Source: Candidatus Dadabacteria bacterium
GTDB lineage: Bacteria > Desulfobacterota_D > UBA1144 > Nemesobacterales > Nemesobacteraceae
Length of the DNA: 57,397 bases
Assembly: GCA_022819805.1 (NCBI GenBank)
Contig: JAJEGO010000016.1
Location: 1 to 57,397, forward strand
Direction of reading: 5' to 3'
Position 1 is the stretch's first letter; each line of letters begins with the position of its first letter. The position numbers and the translations under genes were made by a program. Under the pieces are notes generated by a model that saw nothing but the letters and a program-made list of their open reading frames with translations, did no database searches and had not been told where the DNA came from. Below are positions 57,040-57,397 of this stretch, one piece after another.

Positions 57040-57397
57040 CTAAGACCGAACACCGCTCCGTTTGTCCATGGCGCGGCTTCTGAACGATATGGTGAAAACC
57101 AATGCGGACACTATCAATAGCAGGTTAAACGCAGTGCCCCGAGGCGCATTGTCGCTTCCCGTCGCGATTGCACAACCTCCTCCGCTAACAGAAGTGACCA
57201 TCCCAGGTTCCATCGGCTCAGGCTCCATCGGCTCAGGCTCCATCGGCTCCATGCCTCCCCCGCCATCAGCCATTCCGTTCCCGTCACATTCTGGCAGTTC
57301 GCTGTCCATCATTTCCGGATAGATGCCGGAACCGAAGATAATACCCGGAGAAGCGGAGAGCGCCGGCGCTCCCAAGTATTCAAAGGGGTTTATAACG
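57040..57397 (-). CDS. 3' end of a probable surface protein with a GGGC-TM-basic C-terminal sorting signal (partial)
   Basis: The frame is open to the window edge (VINPFEYLGAP...). Pro/Glu/Met linker, SGGGCAIA, hydrophobic FNLLLIVSALVFTISF, then RSR...KR. Confidence 0.75.
   Translation of the reverse strand, partial: VINPFEYLGAPALSASPGIIFGSGIYPEMMDSELPECDGNGMADGGGGMEPMEPEPMEPEPMEPGMVTSVSGGGCAIATGSDNAPRGTAFNLLLIVSALVFTISFRSRAMDKRSGVRS
57208..57252. repeat. About three copies of a 15-bp tandem repeat (encodes MEPEP)
   Basis: CATCGGCTCAGGCTC repeated in the linker of the surface protein. Confidence 0.85.

Noticed and set aside
1-57397. Genome-wide stop-codon reassignment to explain the rpsF TAA
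   Set aside because: Well-conserved genes in the window end at the expected length in TAA (e.g., murG, murF, hppA), TAG and TGA.

Overview
Bacterial chromosomal window made mostly of housekeeping genes. From left to right: partial argS, a histidine phosphatase, tolAQR without tolB/pal, ruvBAC-yebC, rho, a decayed IS5-family transposase, a Cld/ChdC-like heme protein with ftsY-ribD-nadD-rsfS, and the dcw cluster (mraZ to ftsZ, no ddl). These are followed by DUF4911-like-murJ-TPR-aroQ-recJ, SPFH-lgt-trkAH, ribF-aroE, and an accessory block (small hypothetical, nitroreductase-fold protein, def, MatB-like acyl-CoA synthetase, flavin monooxygenase, DegQ, RidA, DUF6775-like). The window ends with rpsF-rpsR-rplI-thi4, a K+-dependent membrane pyrophosphatase, prs-rplY-pth, and the 3' end of a surface protein carrying a GGGC-TM-basic sorting tail. 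The protein style suggests a deltaproteobacteria-like diderm, possibly Ca. Dadabacteria; this is inferred from recall, not from a search. No rRNA, tRNA or CRISPR array was seen. The most notable observations are: (1) rpsF carries an in-frame TAA at codon 59, yet keeps its SD, its S6:S18 autoregulatory leader and a long repeat-expanded acidic tail; (2) an archaeal-style Cys-type (suicide) Thi4 sits directly behind this ribosomal-protein operon and converges on RidA and an archaemetzincin-like DUF6775 gene; (3) rsfS probably starts at ATA; (4) the Cld-superfamily protein appears to have Asp at the distal position; (5) there are 10-bp-phased TGGCA boxes upstream of mraZ and a 64-bp MITE-like element. 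All family assignments come from motif recognition by eye.
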